From the NCBI RefSeq assembly GCF_009914755.1, contig NC_060927.1: DNA of 64,000 nucleotides. The stretch is one strand, 5' to 3'. The notes below the pieces were generated by a model that was given only the letters and a program-made list of their open reading frames with translations, made no database searches and was not told where the DNA came from. Positions 40,901 to 54,215 of this stretch are shown in pieces. Position 1 is the stretch's first letter. The number at the start of each line of letters is the position of its first letter. The DNA is from the human T2T-CHM13v2.0 reference genome, Homo sapiens. The translations under genes were made by a program, and so were the position numbers.

Positions 40901-41735
40901 TTTGTTCTTATTGGTGTCAAAGAAATTATTTATTTCTGCCTTAATTTTGTTATTTACCCAGTAGTCATTCAGGAGCAGGTTCAGTTTCCATGTAGTTGTG
41001 TGGTTTTGAGTAAGTTTCTTAATCCTGAGTTCTAATTTGATTGTACTGTGGTCTGAGAGACTGTTATGATTTCCATCTTTTGCATTTGCTGAGGAGTATT
41101 TTACTTCCTATTATGTGGTCAATTTTAGAATAAGTGCAATGTTGTGCTGGGAAGCATGTATATTCTGTTGATTTGGGGTGGAGAGTGCTGTAGATGTCTA
41201 TTCGGTCAACTTGTTCCAGAGCTGTGTTCAAGTCCTGAATATCCTTGTGAATTTTCTGTTTCATTGATCTGTCTAATGTTGACAGTGGGGTGTCAAAGTC
41301 TCACACTATTATTGTGTGGGAGTCTAAGTCTCTTTGTAGGTCTCTAAGAACTTGCTTTATCAATCTGGGTGCTCTTGTATTGGGTGCATATATATTTAGG
41401 ATAGTTAGCTCTTCTTGTTGCATTGATCCCTTTACCGTTATGTAATGCCCTTCTTTGCCTTTTTTGATCTTTGTTGGTTTAAAGTCTGTTTTATCAGAGA
41501 CTAGGATTGCAACCCCTGCTCTTTTTTTCTTTCTTTCCATTTGCTTGGTAAATATTCCTCCATCCCTTTATTTTAACCTATGTGTGTCTTTCCCTGTGAG
41601 ATGTGTCTCCTGAATACAGCACACTGCTGAGTCTTCACTCTTTATCCAGTTTGCCAGTCTGTGCCTTTTAATTGGGGCATTTAGCCCATTTACATTTAAG
41701 GTTAATATTGTTATGTGTGAATTTGATCCTGTCTT
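37942..41735 (-). pseudogene. Disrupted L1 ORF2p (endonuclease/reverse transcriptase)
   Basis: EN (GVAILVSDKTDFKP, LNIYAPNT), RT ([27 protein letters not shown]) and C-terminal peptides in separate frames; start ATG mutated to AAG at 41733-41735. Confidence 0.92.
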
Positions 41736-41769
41736 TATGATGCTAGCTGGTTATTTTGCCCGTTAATTG

Positions 41770-42833
41770 ATGCAGTTTCTTCACAGTGTTGATGGTCTTT
41801 ACAATTTGGCATTTTTTTTGCTGTGGCTGGTAGTGGTTTTTCTCTTCCGTATTTAGTGCTTCCTTCAGGAGCTCTTGTAAGGCAGGCCTCGTGGTGACAA
41901 AAATCTCTCAGCATTTGCATCTCTGTAAAGGATTTTATTTCTCCTTCGCTTATGAAGCTTAGTTTGGCTGGATATGAAATTCTGGGTTGAAAATTCTTTT
42001 CTTTAAGAATGTTGACTATTGGCCTCCACTCTCTTCTGGCTTGTAGGGTTTCTGCCGAGAGATCCACTGTTACTCTGATGGCCTTTTCTTTGGGGGTAAC
42101 CCGACCTTTCTCTCTGGCTGCCCTTTTACATTTTTTCCTTCATTTCAGCCTTGGTGAATCTGATGATTATGTGTCTTGGGGTTGTTCTTCTTGAGGAGTA
42201 TCTTTGTGGTGTTCTCTGTATTTCCTGAAATTGAATGTTGGCCTATCTTGCTAGGTTCAGGAAGTTCCCCTCAATAATATCCTGAAGAGAATGGAACCAA
42301 GTTGGTTCCATTCTCCCCGTCACTTTCAGGTACACCAATCAAATGTAGGTTTGATTTTTTCACATAGTTCCATATTTCTTGGAGGCTTTCTTTGTTCCTT
42401 TTCATTCTTTTTTCTCTAATCTTGTCTTCATGCTTTATTTCATTAAGTTTATCTTCAATCTGTGATATCTTTTCTTCTGCTTGATCAATTCGGCTATTGA
42501 TACTTGTGTATGCTTCACAAAGTTCTTGTGCTGTGTTTTTCAGCTCCATCAGGGCATTTATGTTCTTCTCTAAACTGGTTATTCTAGTTAGCAATTCCTC
42601 TAACTTTTTTCAAGTTTCTTAGCTTCCTTGCATTGGGTTAGAACATGTTCCTTTAGCTTGGAGGAGTTTGTTATTACCCACCTTCTGAAACCTACTTCTG
42701 TCAATTCATCAAACTCATTCTCTGTCCAGTTTTGTTCCCTTGCTGGCAAGGAGTTGTGATCCTTTGGAGGAGAAGAGGCATTCTGGTGTTTGGAATTTTC
42801 AACTTTGTTGCGCTGTTTTTTTCTTATTTTCAT
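41770..42833 (-). pseudogene. Disrupted L1 ORF1p
   Basis: Fragments in three ORFs (QNASSPPKDHNS, RIDQAEEKIS, DLSAETLQARREW...FQPRISYPAKLSF); frameshifted. Confidence 0.9.
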
Positions 42834-43399
42834 GGATTTATCTACCTTTGGTCTTTGATGTTGGTAACCTTCCGATGTGGTTTATGTGTGGACATCCTTT
42901 TTGTTGATGTTGATGCTATTTCTTTCTGTTTGTTAGTTTTCCTTCTAACAGTCAGGCCCCTCTGCTGCAGGTCTGCTCAAGTTTGCTGGAGGTCCACTCC
43001 AGGCCCCATTTGCCTGGGTATCACCAGTGGAGGCTGCAGAACAGCAGCAAAGATTGCTGCCTGTTCCTTCCTCTGGAAGCTTTGTCCCAGAGGGGCACCT
43101 GCCAGATGCCAGCTGGAACTCTCCTATATGAGGTGTCTGTCTACCCCTGCTGGGAGGTGTCTGCCAGTCAGCAGGCATGGGGGTCAGGGACCCACTTGAG
43201 GAGGCAGTCTGACCCTTAGCAGAGCTTGAGTGCTGTGCTGGGAGATCCACTGCTCTCTTCAGAGCCAGCAGGCAGGAACATTTAAGTCTGCTGAAGCTGC
43301 TCCCACAGCTGCCCCTTCCCCGTGGTGCTCTGTCCCAGGGAGATGGGAATTTGATTTGTAAGCCCCTGACTGAGGCTGCTGCCTTTCTTTCAGGCATAT

Positions 43400-44160
43400 C
43401 CTGCCCAGAGAGGAGGAATCTAGAGAGGCAGGCTGGCTACAGTGGCTTTGCTGAACTGTGGTGGGTTCTGGCCAGTTCGAACTTCCCGGAGGCTTTGTTT
43501 ACACTGTGAGGGGAAAACCACCTATTCAAGCCTCAGTAATGGCAGATGCCAAGCTGAAGCGTCCCAGGTCGACTTCAGGCTGCTGTGCTGGCAGCGAGAA
43601 TTTCAAGCCAGTGGATCTTAGCTTGAACGGCTCCATGGGGGTGGGATCCACTGAGCTAGACCACTTGACTCCCTTGCTTCAGCCCCCTTTCCAGGAGAGT
43701 GAACGGTTCTGTCTTGCTGGCATTCCAGGTGCCACTGGGATATGGAAAAAAGCTCCTGCAGCTAGCTTGGTGTCTGCCCATATGGCCCCCCAGTTTTGTG
43801 CTTGAAACCCAGGGCCCTGGTGGTGTAGTCACCCGAGGGAATCTCCTGGACTGCAGGTTGTGAAGACCATGGGAAAAGCATGGTATCTGGGCTGGAATGC
43901 ACTGTTCCTCATGGCACAGTCCCTTATGACTTCCTTTGGCTAGGGGAGGGAGTTCCCCGACCCCTTGTGCTTCCCGGGTGAGGTGATGCCCCACCCTGCT
44001 TCTGCTCGTCCTCTGCGGGCTGTACCCACTGTCTAACCCGTCCCAGTGAGATGAGCCGGGTACCTCAGTTGGAAATGCAGAAATCACCGACCTTCTTCAT
44101 TGATCTTGCTGGGAGCTGCAGACCGGAGCTGTTCCTATTTGGCCATCTTGCCCAGGAATC
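43400..44160. promoter_or_regulatory. L1 5' UTR internal promoter (minus) and antisense-promoter region (plus)
   Basis: Position in a full-length L1PA; YY1 motif ggccatcttg at ~44141-44150; GC-richer but CpG-decayed; activity unknown. Confidence 0.55.
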
Positions 44161-44990
44161 CCCAGCTTTGTTCTTTTTGCTTGGGATTGCTTTGGCTATA
44201 TGGGCTTTTTTGGTTCCGTATGAGTTTAAAAATAGTTTTTTTCCTAGTTCTGGGAAGAATGTCATTGGTAGTTTAATAGGAATAGCATTGAATCTATAAA
44301 TTGCTTTGGGCATTATTGTTATTTTAAGAATATTGATTCTTCCTATCCATGATCAAGGAATGTTTTTCCATTTCTTTGTGTCATTCATCTCTGATTCTTT
44401 GAGTAGTGTTTTGTGGTTCTTATGGAGATATTTCGCCTCCCTGGTTAGCTGTAGTTCCAGGTACTCTATTCTTTTTGTGGCAGTTGAGAATGGGATTGTG
44501 TTCCTGACTGGCTCTCGGCTTGACTGTTGTTGGTGTATAGGAATGCCAGTGATTTTTGTACATTGATTTAGTATCCTGAAACTTTGTTGAAGTTGTTTAT
44601 CTGCGTACAGAGCTTTTGGGCAGAGACTATGGAGTTTTCTAGATATAAGATTGTGTCTGTAAGCAGGGATAGTTTGACTTCCTGTCTTCCTATTTGGATG
44701 CTCTTTATTTCTTTCTCTAGTCTGATTGTTCTAGCCAGGACTTTCAATATTATGTTGAATAGGAGTGGTAAGAGAGGATATCCTTGTCTTATGCCAGTTT
44801 TCAAAAGGAATGTTTCCAGCTTTTGCCCATTGAGTATGATGTTGACTGTAGGTTTGTCATAGTTGGCTCTTATTATTTTTATGTATGTTCCTTCAATACC
44901 TAGTTTATTGAGGATTTTTAACATGAAGCGGTTTTCAATTTTGTTGAAAGCCTTTTCTACATCTATTGAAAAAGTCACGTGTTTTTTTTC
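44161..44990 (-). mobile_element. Older L1PA, remaining 5' portion (truncated in RT)
   Basis: Continues ORF2 from 37721 (cagctttgttctttttgc); RT peptide [11 protein letters not shown]...[15 protein letters not shown]. Confidence 0.92.
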
Positions 44991-45519
44991 TTTTTGTATT
45001 TATGTAGAAAAATCTTTCCTTATATATATATCCTCCTAATTAAGCTTTTTCCAATCATCTTATTATCCCATATCTCATAACAAGCAGTGGAAACCATAAG
45101 TAAGTGAATGAAAAGGGTTAATTGTTTAATTATTAGTTTAAGGGTTTCATTTAGGATCTTATTTTTAGGTTCTTGAGATATTAGCATATTTGCTCTAGAC
45201 AATCAATGCATGAAATCATTCCTGTCTTTATCAAAGTGCTACTTATATTATGGATTCAGGGATATTAGAGCACTAATATCTACAGTATCAATACGGCAAA
45301 GATAAAGCTAATGCTAAAATCACATTAATCCTACAGAGCAAATACTTGGACCAGAACCACAAGTCATATTCTAAGCTCAGAAATCTATAAAACATCATGA
45401 GATAGAAGGGAATATAGGATGTCACACATAGTGCAGACTAAACTTGTAGGTTGGGTTTGGGTTAGCTAAGAGAAGTCTGTGCTCCTATGGTTAAACTCCA
45501 AGTATCTCTATTTTAAGCC

Positions 45520-45625
45520 CTCTTAATATCATAGTTATTATAGTTTCCATTTTACAAATTAGGAAGGTTATGTAGTACATATAACCTGACCTGGAAGCTG
45601 TAAGCTGGGTTTTGAACCCTGACAA
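45520..45625 (-). mobile_element. MIR relic
   Basis: ccattttacaaattaggaa...gctgggttttgaaccc. Confidence 0.5.
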
Positions 45626-46374
45626 AATATATTTATATCTATTTATCTATATCTATGTCTATGCCTATGTCTGTCTATATTACATTCACACACTTTTTAT
45701 CTATTTAAATTACGTTCATTGTCAGAGTTAGACTTAAAAGTAGTATCACCCCTAGCAATATTTTCACCTACATCAGTATCTGTAGATGTGTAGTCTCTCC
45801 TGGATCACCAGGGAAATGTTGAGAGAGCAGCCACTAGAAGACTTTATTAAACTTGATGCCCACTGGCATCATGAGAGTAGGCAATGTGACCTAGATAACA
45901 GTGCAAAGAGAAAAACTTTAACAAAATGCCAGAAATGAGCCTGAAAATGGGGACCCTCCCACCCCCAATGTGGATGAGTTATTAACAAAGCACCGAGTCA
46001 TCTCATGAGACCTTGACATGTTCTGTCCCACCAGCATTTTAAACTCCCATTTGTGTTAGGAGTTCTGCTCAGGGTCTCCTGTGTCTACAGTGTAATGAGC
46101 AAGAGAAAGAATTCCAGCTTTATTTACTATAACCTAAAGTCAAAGGAAATCTAAAATAGAAAGAATGCAAAGCCTTAGAGAGCAATAACAGCACCATCCA
46201 GGGTAATTAAGGGAAGGGAAAACAAGCTGGCTGTAGAGCCTTGGTCCCCATGTTGGGTGCCCAATAGAGCTTACTTCAATTTGTTAAAATATCGTTTTTT
46301 AAAAATAAGCCTTTTAAAGAGTAGGACGTCAAGCTGTGTCTGCAAAGAGGACTGTTTTTGGCAAAGGACAGTGT

Positions 46375-46560
46375 TTGAGTTTTAATGTTGCCTTTATAAG
46401 CAATATAACATTTTGCTTATTGCCTTAACCTCTTTCATTCTGAGTTTTCATATCTAGAAAATGAGAATGATAATAAAACCTACCTAACTTACAGTTTTTG
46501 GTTGAAAATTAATTGAAGTACACAAAGAATCTGAAACAGTGTCTTATAGTTGATGTTAAA
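46375..46560 (+). mobile_element. MIR relic
   Basis: cttaacctct...agttttcatatctagaaaatgagaatgataataaaacctacc. Confidence 0.65.
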
Positions 46561-46589
46561 AAATTGTTTTAATTCTTCTCTCTATGGAG

Positions 46590-47080
46590 CTATGTGTCTC
46601 TATAATTGGTTTCAGCTGCATGCAACAGAATTTTTTTTAATGAAATGAGCTTTTACAATGAAGAATATTTATTATTTCTCATAGTGAATCCATAGGAAGA
46701 CTGTTTCAGGGTTAGAAAATTCAGAAACTCAAGGTTGTCAGGATTGTTAAGTCATATGCTGTAGATGGCTGCAGCAACTCCAAGCATCATAGCCCTACTT
46801 GAACGAATTGATAGGTGGAAAGAAGAGAGTGTTTGAATTGTATTTCTTTTTTTAAAAAAGGTAAACTTTTCCAGGGACTTTATTTTGTCTCATTGACCGA
46901 GGTAGAGTCACATGCTCATGTCTAAACCACTCGTTAGTAAAGGAGATTGAATCAACATGATTAGCTTAGATTGATCATCTTTTAGTTCTTGGAGCTGGAG
47001 TATGAGTCACCTTTCCCGATCATATGGAGAAAAGAAAGCAGTAGTGGTGATGGGGAATGGCTGTAGAGTTGTCATACTGC
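46590..47080 (-). mobile_element. Old MaLR LTR (MLT1K/L-like)
   Basis: gatggctgcagcaactccaagcatca...gtctcattgacc...gtcacatgctcatgtctaaacca...catgattagcttaga. Confidence 0.75.
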
Positions 47081-47710
47081 AGTATCTTCGACATGCTTTT
47101 ATAAAAAGTAATTCTTTTAATTACAAGTCATCTTTTAAAGCAAATTCTAAATAATCCTCTCCTTTGTTCTTCAAGATGTATTTGAAAAAGTTTGAGGGGC
47201 ATGTGGACTTGCACACCTGCATTTCCATAGCAGCATATGATTGCTACCTTTGAACTGAATTGTTTAAATGTCAGCTTTATTTTTAGAGACAACAAAAGAG
47301 AAAATTCAGTAGAGTTGTTGTAGTAAAAAGAATAGAAACTGTGTTGTAAGAAGCACGTTAGCAAACCTAATAGTCAGATCTGAACAGCTAAAGTTAAATA
47401 TTTAATGGTAAAGATAGATGAACTATGCTAATATGTTCTGGAAGCCCATCAGAACCTATTTCTGGATTTTGGATAATTTCTTCCAGTATCGCAAAGTGAT
47501 TCAGCTATCATTTTTCTATGTTGCTAAACTGGAAAGGGTAAAGTTGAAATGGAAGGAGAATGTTGCATTTTCAGAAATGATCGTATCTTTAACTAAACCA
47601 TAATCTATACTGGGGACTAGAATAAATGAGTAGAAACCATATATGTCTAAGAAAGGAGGACTTCTTAAAAAAGTGTTATAGGAAAGCAAGAACTAAAAAA
47701 ATAAGTGTAG

Positions 47711-48096
<386 letters not shown>

Positions 48097-50090
48097 AGGA
48101 TGTTTCACTTTCAGTGCATACTTGAGCCAAAGAGATTAAGCATCAAACCTGAGTCCAGAGTTCTCAAGAGGTCTTAGGGACAAATCAAACATTTAGTAAG
48201 CAACTGCTGATTCTAAGGTAGAATTTTCAGCCAGGCCAGAAATTTTACTGAAATCCAAGCACTTCTCAAATGTGAAAAATGAGAGTTAGTGTGTTTAGAC
48301 TTATATAGTACCAGGTATTATCGAGGTGACTAAAAATGTTCTGTCTCAAAGAGTCGGGATTAAAATACTTTCTCACAGAACTACTGTAATCTTAAAAATA
48401 TTTTATGCAGGTACAAGAATCATTAGCCTTTGTACAAAAAATGAACCTGACTTTCCTTCTTGCTTCTCATGGTTTCTAGAAGGGTTGGGTGTCAGTTTAT
48501 TAAGAGAAATCACTGGTTTACTTTGTCAAGACTGTTGATGGGCCTGTTTCCCAGAAAGGTTCAGAGACATTTCCTTCCCTCCTACCTTTTTTCTTTTTAT
48601 TTATATTGAAGCTTTGATATATTTAGGGAATACAGGAGAAGAAGGAAGACATATGGTAATGTCATTTTCTAGCAAAGATTTAGAATATTATCCAATAAAT
48701 CTTCTTAGCCTGGTTTTGAACTGCCTGTATCTCCTCAGCAGGAGTGGACATTCTCAAGAGACAGAAGCCAAATGTGAACACTTTGGTCCATATTTTATTC
48801 CTTCATAGGATCTCCTTTTAGCTTTAATCCAGGCATAATTTAATACTTTCTTACATTCAGAGTGAGCTAATGAGTATGGAAAACAAGTCTGCAAATTGTT
48901 ACTTTGTGCCCTGGTCATATAAGATTGTAATTTTTATTTACAGTTAGTTTAAAGAACTAACTGTAAGGTACAGAATTGTTTCTTGGGAAGCTATCATTTC
49001 TTGCTCAAACCAAATTTTCCAGGGATTGGATTAATAGGTCAATATATGAAAATGAACTACTTTGCAGGGATAGAAAGGAGGAAGTTGGGAGGGAAGTAGA
49101 TTAAGACAGAGGGAGAATATGAGACCTGAAGGCAAGATGAATATTTCTATTTTGGGGCTGAACTGTGTTCTAGGTTTGGTTGAATTAGCCCTTAAACTCT
49201 GGTATTCTATGAAGGATAGAGAAAGATAATAAAAGTGGATTTATTGATTGTGTTTACAAAGGAGATAGGAACATGGGTCCTCATCAAATATTACTCAGAA
49301 TAAACATAATAAATTTTGGAAAGCTGGAGCCCGAAAGAAACTAGGCATAGTCAAAACATAGCAGGAGGCAGATGGAGCAAGATGGCAGAATAGAAGCCTA
49401 CACCATTTGTACCCCTGCAGGAACATCAAATTTTAACAACTATCTGCACAGACAGAAGCACTGTCACAAGAACCAAAAGTTAGGTGAGCTATCACAGTAC
49501 CTGGTTTTAACTTTACATCACTGAAAGAGGCAATGAATAGGGTAGAAGAGACAGTCATGAATTGCTGACACCACCTCTCCCCTATTCCCTGGCAGGAACC
49601 ATGCAGTACAGAGAGAGAATCTGTTCATTTGGGGGGAAGGAGAGGACAATGACTGGGGGACTTTGCATTGAACTCAGTGCTGCCCTGTCACAGCAGAGAG
49701 CAAAGCCATGCTGGGCTCAGCCAGTGCCCTTGCACAGAAGGAGCATTTGGACCAGTCCTAGCCAGAAGATAATTGTTCATTCCAGCAGTTAGAATTTTTT
49801 GCAAACCTTGCCACTGTGAGCCAAAGTGCTCTGGGGTCCTAGGTAAACTGGAAAGGCAATCTAGGACACAAGGACTGCAATTCCTAGGAAACTCCTAGGA
49901 CTGGACTTACAGCCAGTGGACTAGGGTAGCATGTGATCTAGGAAGATACCAGCTGGCACAGCTAAGGGAGTGCTTGTGCCACCCTTCCCCCAACTTCAGG
50001 TACCAGGGACCAGTCCCAGAGAAAGAGAGATATGTTACCTCAGACAGAATTCAAAATAGCTGCATTGAAAAAACTCAAATTCAAGATAAT

Positions 50091-50406
<316 letters not shown>

Positions 50407-53400
50407 TCAAGATAACAAAGAGAAGGAATTCAAAATTCTATTAGATAAATTTAATAAGGAGATTGAAATAATTTTAAAAAAAACAAGCAGAAATTCTAGA
50501 GCTGAAAAATGCAATTGACATGCTGAAGAATGCATCAGAGTCTCTTAATAGCAGAATTGATCAAGCAAAAGAATTAATGGGCTTGAAAACAGGCTATTTG
50601 AAAATACATAGCAGAGACAAAAGAAAAAAAAATGAAAGAAGTACACCTACGAGATCTAGAAAATAGCCTCAAAAGGCAAATGTGAGATTTATTGGCCTTA
50701 AAAAGGGGGTAGTGAGAGAGATGGGGTAAAGTATATTCAAAGAGATAATATCAGAGAACTTTTAAAACCTAGAGAGAAAGAGAGATCAGCATTCAGATAA
50801 AAGTAGGTTATAGAACATCAACCAGATTTAACCTAAAGAAGACTGCATTAAGGTATTTAATAAACTCCCAAAGGACAGGGATAAAGAAAGGATCCTAAAA
50901 GCAGCAAGAAAAAAGAAACAACATACAGTGGAGCTTCAATACATCTGGCAGCAGACTTTTCAGTGGAAACCTTACAGGCCAGGAGAGAATCATATCACAT
51001 ATTTAAAATGCTAAAGGAAAAAAATCTTTTACCAGAGTATAGTATATCTGGTGAAAATATTCTTTAAGCATGAAGGAAAAATAAATATCTTTTCAGAAAA
51101 ACAAATGGTGAGGCATTTTATTTCTCAACCTGTCCTACACGAAATACTAAAGGGAGTTCTTCAGGTTGAAAGAAAAGGATGTTAATGAGCAAGAATAAAT
51201 TATCTGAGGGTTTAAAACTCCTTGGTAATAGTAAGCACACAGAAAAATATAGAATATTATAACACTGTAATTGTAGTGTGTAAACCACTTTTAAATAGAA
51301 TGAGTACATGATAAACCAATGAAAAATAAAGACCACCACAGCTTTTCAAAACATAGATAAGACATAGATAAGATAAGAAGACATAAAGAGAAATAACCAA
51401 AAGTTAAAAAGTGGGGCATGAAGTTAAAGTGTAGAGTTTTTTATTAGTTCATTTTTGTGTGTTTGTTCATGTGTTTATGCAATCAGTGTTAAGTTTTCAT
51501 CAGTTTATAATAATGGGTTATAAGATGGTATTTGCAAGACTCATGGTAATGTCAAATAAAAAAACATACAAAAGTTCCACAAAAAATAAAAGGCAAGAAA
51601 TTAAAGCATAACACCAGAGAAAATCACCTTTTCCAAAAGGAATACAGGAAGGAAGGGAAGAAGGAAGACAGGAAGGAAGGAAAGAAGAAAGAGAAGGCTG
51701 CAAAACAATCAGAAAACAAATAAAAGATAGGAGTAAGTCCCTATTTATCAATAATAACACTGAATGTAGATGGATTAAACTCTACAGTCAAAAAACACAG
51801 AGCAGCTGAATGAAAAAACAAGACACAATTACCTGTTGCCTACAAGAAACACACTTCACCTACAAAAATACATAGACTAAAATTAAAGAGATAGAAGAAG
51901 GTATTTCATATCAATGAAAAACAAGAAAAGAGCAGGAGCAGTTATATTTATATCAGACAAAATAGAATTCAAGACAAAAACTGTCAGAAGAGACAAAGAT
52001 GGTCATTATATAATGATAAAGGGGTCAATTCAGCAAGAGATACAATGATGATAAATATATACACACCCAACACTGGAGCCCTCAGTTATATAAAGCAAAT
52101 ATTATTAGAGCTAAGGAGAGATATATTTCCCAATACAATAATAGCTAGAGACTTCAACACCTCAAACTTCAGTATTGAACAGATCTCCCAGACAGAAAAC
52201 CAATAAAGAAATGTTAAACTTAATCTGCACTATAGAACAAATGAACCAAGTAGCTATTTACAGAACATTTCATCCAATGGCTACAGAATATACTTTCTTC
52301 TCCTCAGAAAATGAATCCTTTTCAAGGGTAGACCATATGTTTGGTCACAAAACAAGTCTTAAAACATTAAAAAAATTGAAATAATGTCAAATACCTTCTT
52401 TGACTACAGTTGAATAAAACTGGAAATCAATAATGAGGAATTTTGGAAAATGTACAAACAAATGGAAATTAAACAATATACTCCTAAATGAGGAGTGGGT
52501 CAATGAAGAAGTTAAGAAGGAAATTGAAAAATTTCTTGAAACAAATGACAGTGGAAACACAATATAACAAAACCTATGGGATACAGTGAAAGTGGTACTA
52601 AAAGAGAAATTTATAGCTGTAAGTGCCTACATCAAAATAGAAGAAAAACTTCAAATAACCTAAAGATTCAACTTAAAGAAATAGGAAAGCAAGAGCAAAC
52701 AGAAACCAAAATTACAAGAAAGAAATAATAAGGGTCAGAGCATAAATTAATGAATTTGAAATGAAGAAAATTAAAAAACAAACTAAAAGTTGTTTTTTTA
52801 AAAAAGATGGATAGAATTGACCAGCTTTTAGCCAGACGAACTAAGAAAAAAAGAGAGGAGACCCAAATAAGTAAAATCAGAGATGAAAAAGGAAACATTA
52901 AAACGAATTCTACAGAAATCCAAAGGATTTGTGGTTACTATGAATGTGGTGGTTACTATGAATGACTATATGCCAATAAATTTGGAAATCTAGAAAAAAA
53001 TGGATAATTTCCTAAACACATCTAACTTACCCAGGTTGAACTGTGAGGAAATTCAAAACCTGAACAGACCAATAACAACAGACTATCAAAGGAGTAAAAG
53101 TCTTCTGGTAAAGAAGAGCCCAGGACCTGATGATATCACTGCTGAATTCTACAGAACATTTAAAGAACAATTAATACCCATCCCATTCAAACTGTTCTGA
53201 AAATTAGAGGAGGAGGGGGTAGTTTCAGATTTAATCTATGAAGCCAGTATTATCCTGATACTACAATTGGGCAAAGACATATCAAAAGATAAAACTACAG
53301 ACCAATATATCTGGTGACTATTGATGTAAAAATTCTCAACAAAATACTAACAAACCAAATTCAACAGTACATTAAAAAGATCATTCATCATGACCATGTA

Positions 53401-53501
53401 GTATTTTTCACAAGGACGTAAGGATGGTTCAACATCACAAATCAATCAATGTGATACATCATATTACATCACAGCATTAGGAACAAAAACCGTATGATCA
53501 T

Positions 53502-53597
53502 TTCAATTGCTGCTGAAAGAGCATTTTATCAATTTTAGCATCCCCTATCATAAAGGGATGCTAAAATTGATAAAATGCTCTTTCAGCAGCAATTGAA
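53502..53597. repeat. Perfect inverted repeat, 43-bp arms and 10-nt spacer
   Basis: 53502-53544 is the exact reverse complement of 53555-53597. Confidence 0.98.
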
Positions 53598-54215
53598 TTG
53601 CTCTAAAAATTGAAGTTTGCTAAAAAATCTGGATATAGGAGGAACATACTTCAACATAATAAAAGCCATATGTGACACACCCACAGCTAATATCATTTCA
53701 AATGGGGAAAATCTGAGTCTTTTCTCTTAGATCTGGAAGACAAGGATGCTGACTTTCACAACTGCTATTCCACATAGTTCTGTAAGTCCTATCTAGAGCA
53801 GAAAAGAGAAATAAATAAAGGGCATCCAAATTGGAAAATAAGTCAAATTATTATTGGTTGCAGATGATAAAATCTTAACATTTGGAAAAACCTAAAATGA
53901 AGAACCCATAAAAAAACTATTAGAACTGAAAAACAAATTTAGTACAGTTGCAAGATACAAAACAAACATACAAAAATCAGTAGCATTTCTATATGCCAAC
54001 AGTGAACAATCTGAAAAAAATTTTAAAAAGTAATCCAATTTACAATAGTCACAAATACAAGTAAATATATAGGAATTAACCAAAGAAGTGAAAGATCTCT
54101 ATAATGAAATCTATAACATACTGATGAAAGAAATTGAAGATGATACCCCAAAATGGAAAGGTATCTCATGTTTGTGGATGTGAAGAATTAATATTATTTA
54201 AATGTCCATACTACC

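Larger units (their letters stand above)
37722..44160 (-). mobile_element. Full-length (~6.4 kb) L1PA7-like LINE-1, inactive
   Basis: 5' end (rc) gggcaagatggccaaataggaacagctccgg with YY1 site; 5' UTR, ORF1, ORF2, 3' UTR and poly-T; decayed TSD ccttaagcttt / ccccagcttt; outer L1 resumes exactly after it. Confidence 0.97.

Noticed and set aside
36488-44978. Many RT/endonuclease-like ORFs suggesting an active retroelement or novel RT system
   Set aside because: All are fragments of ordinary LINE-1 ORF1/ORF2 broken by stops and frameshifts; the inner ORF2 start codon is mutated.
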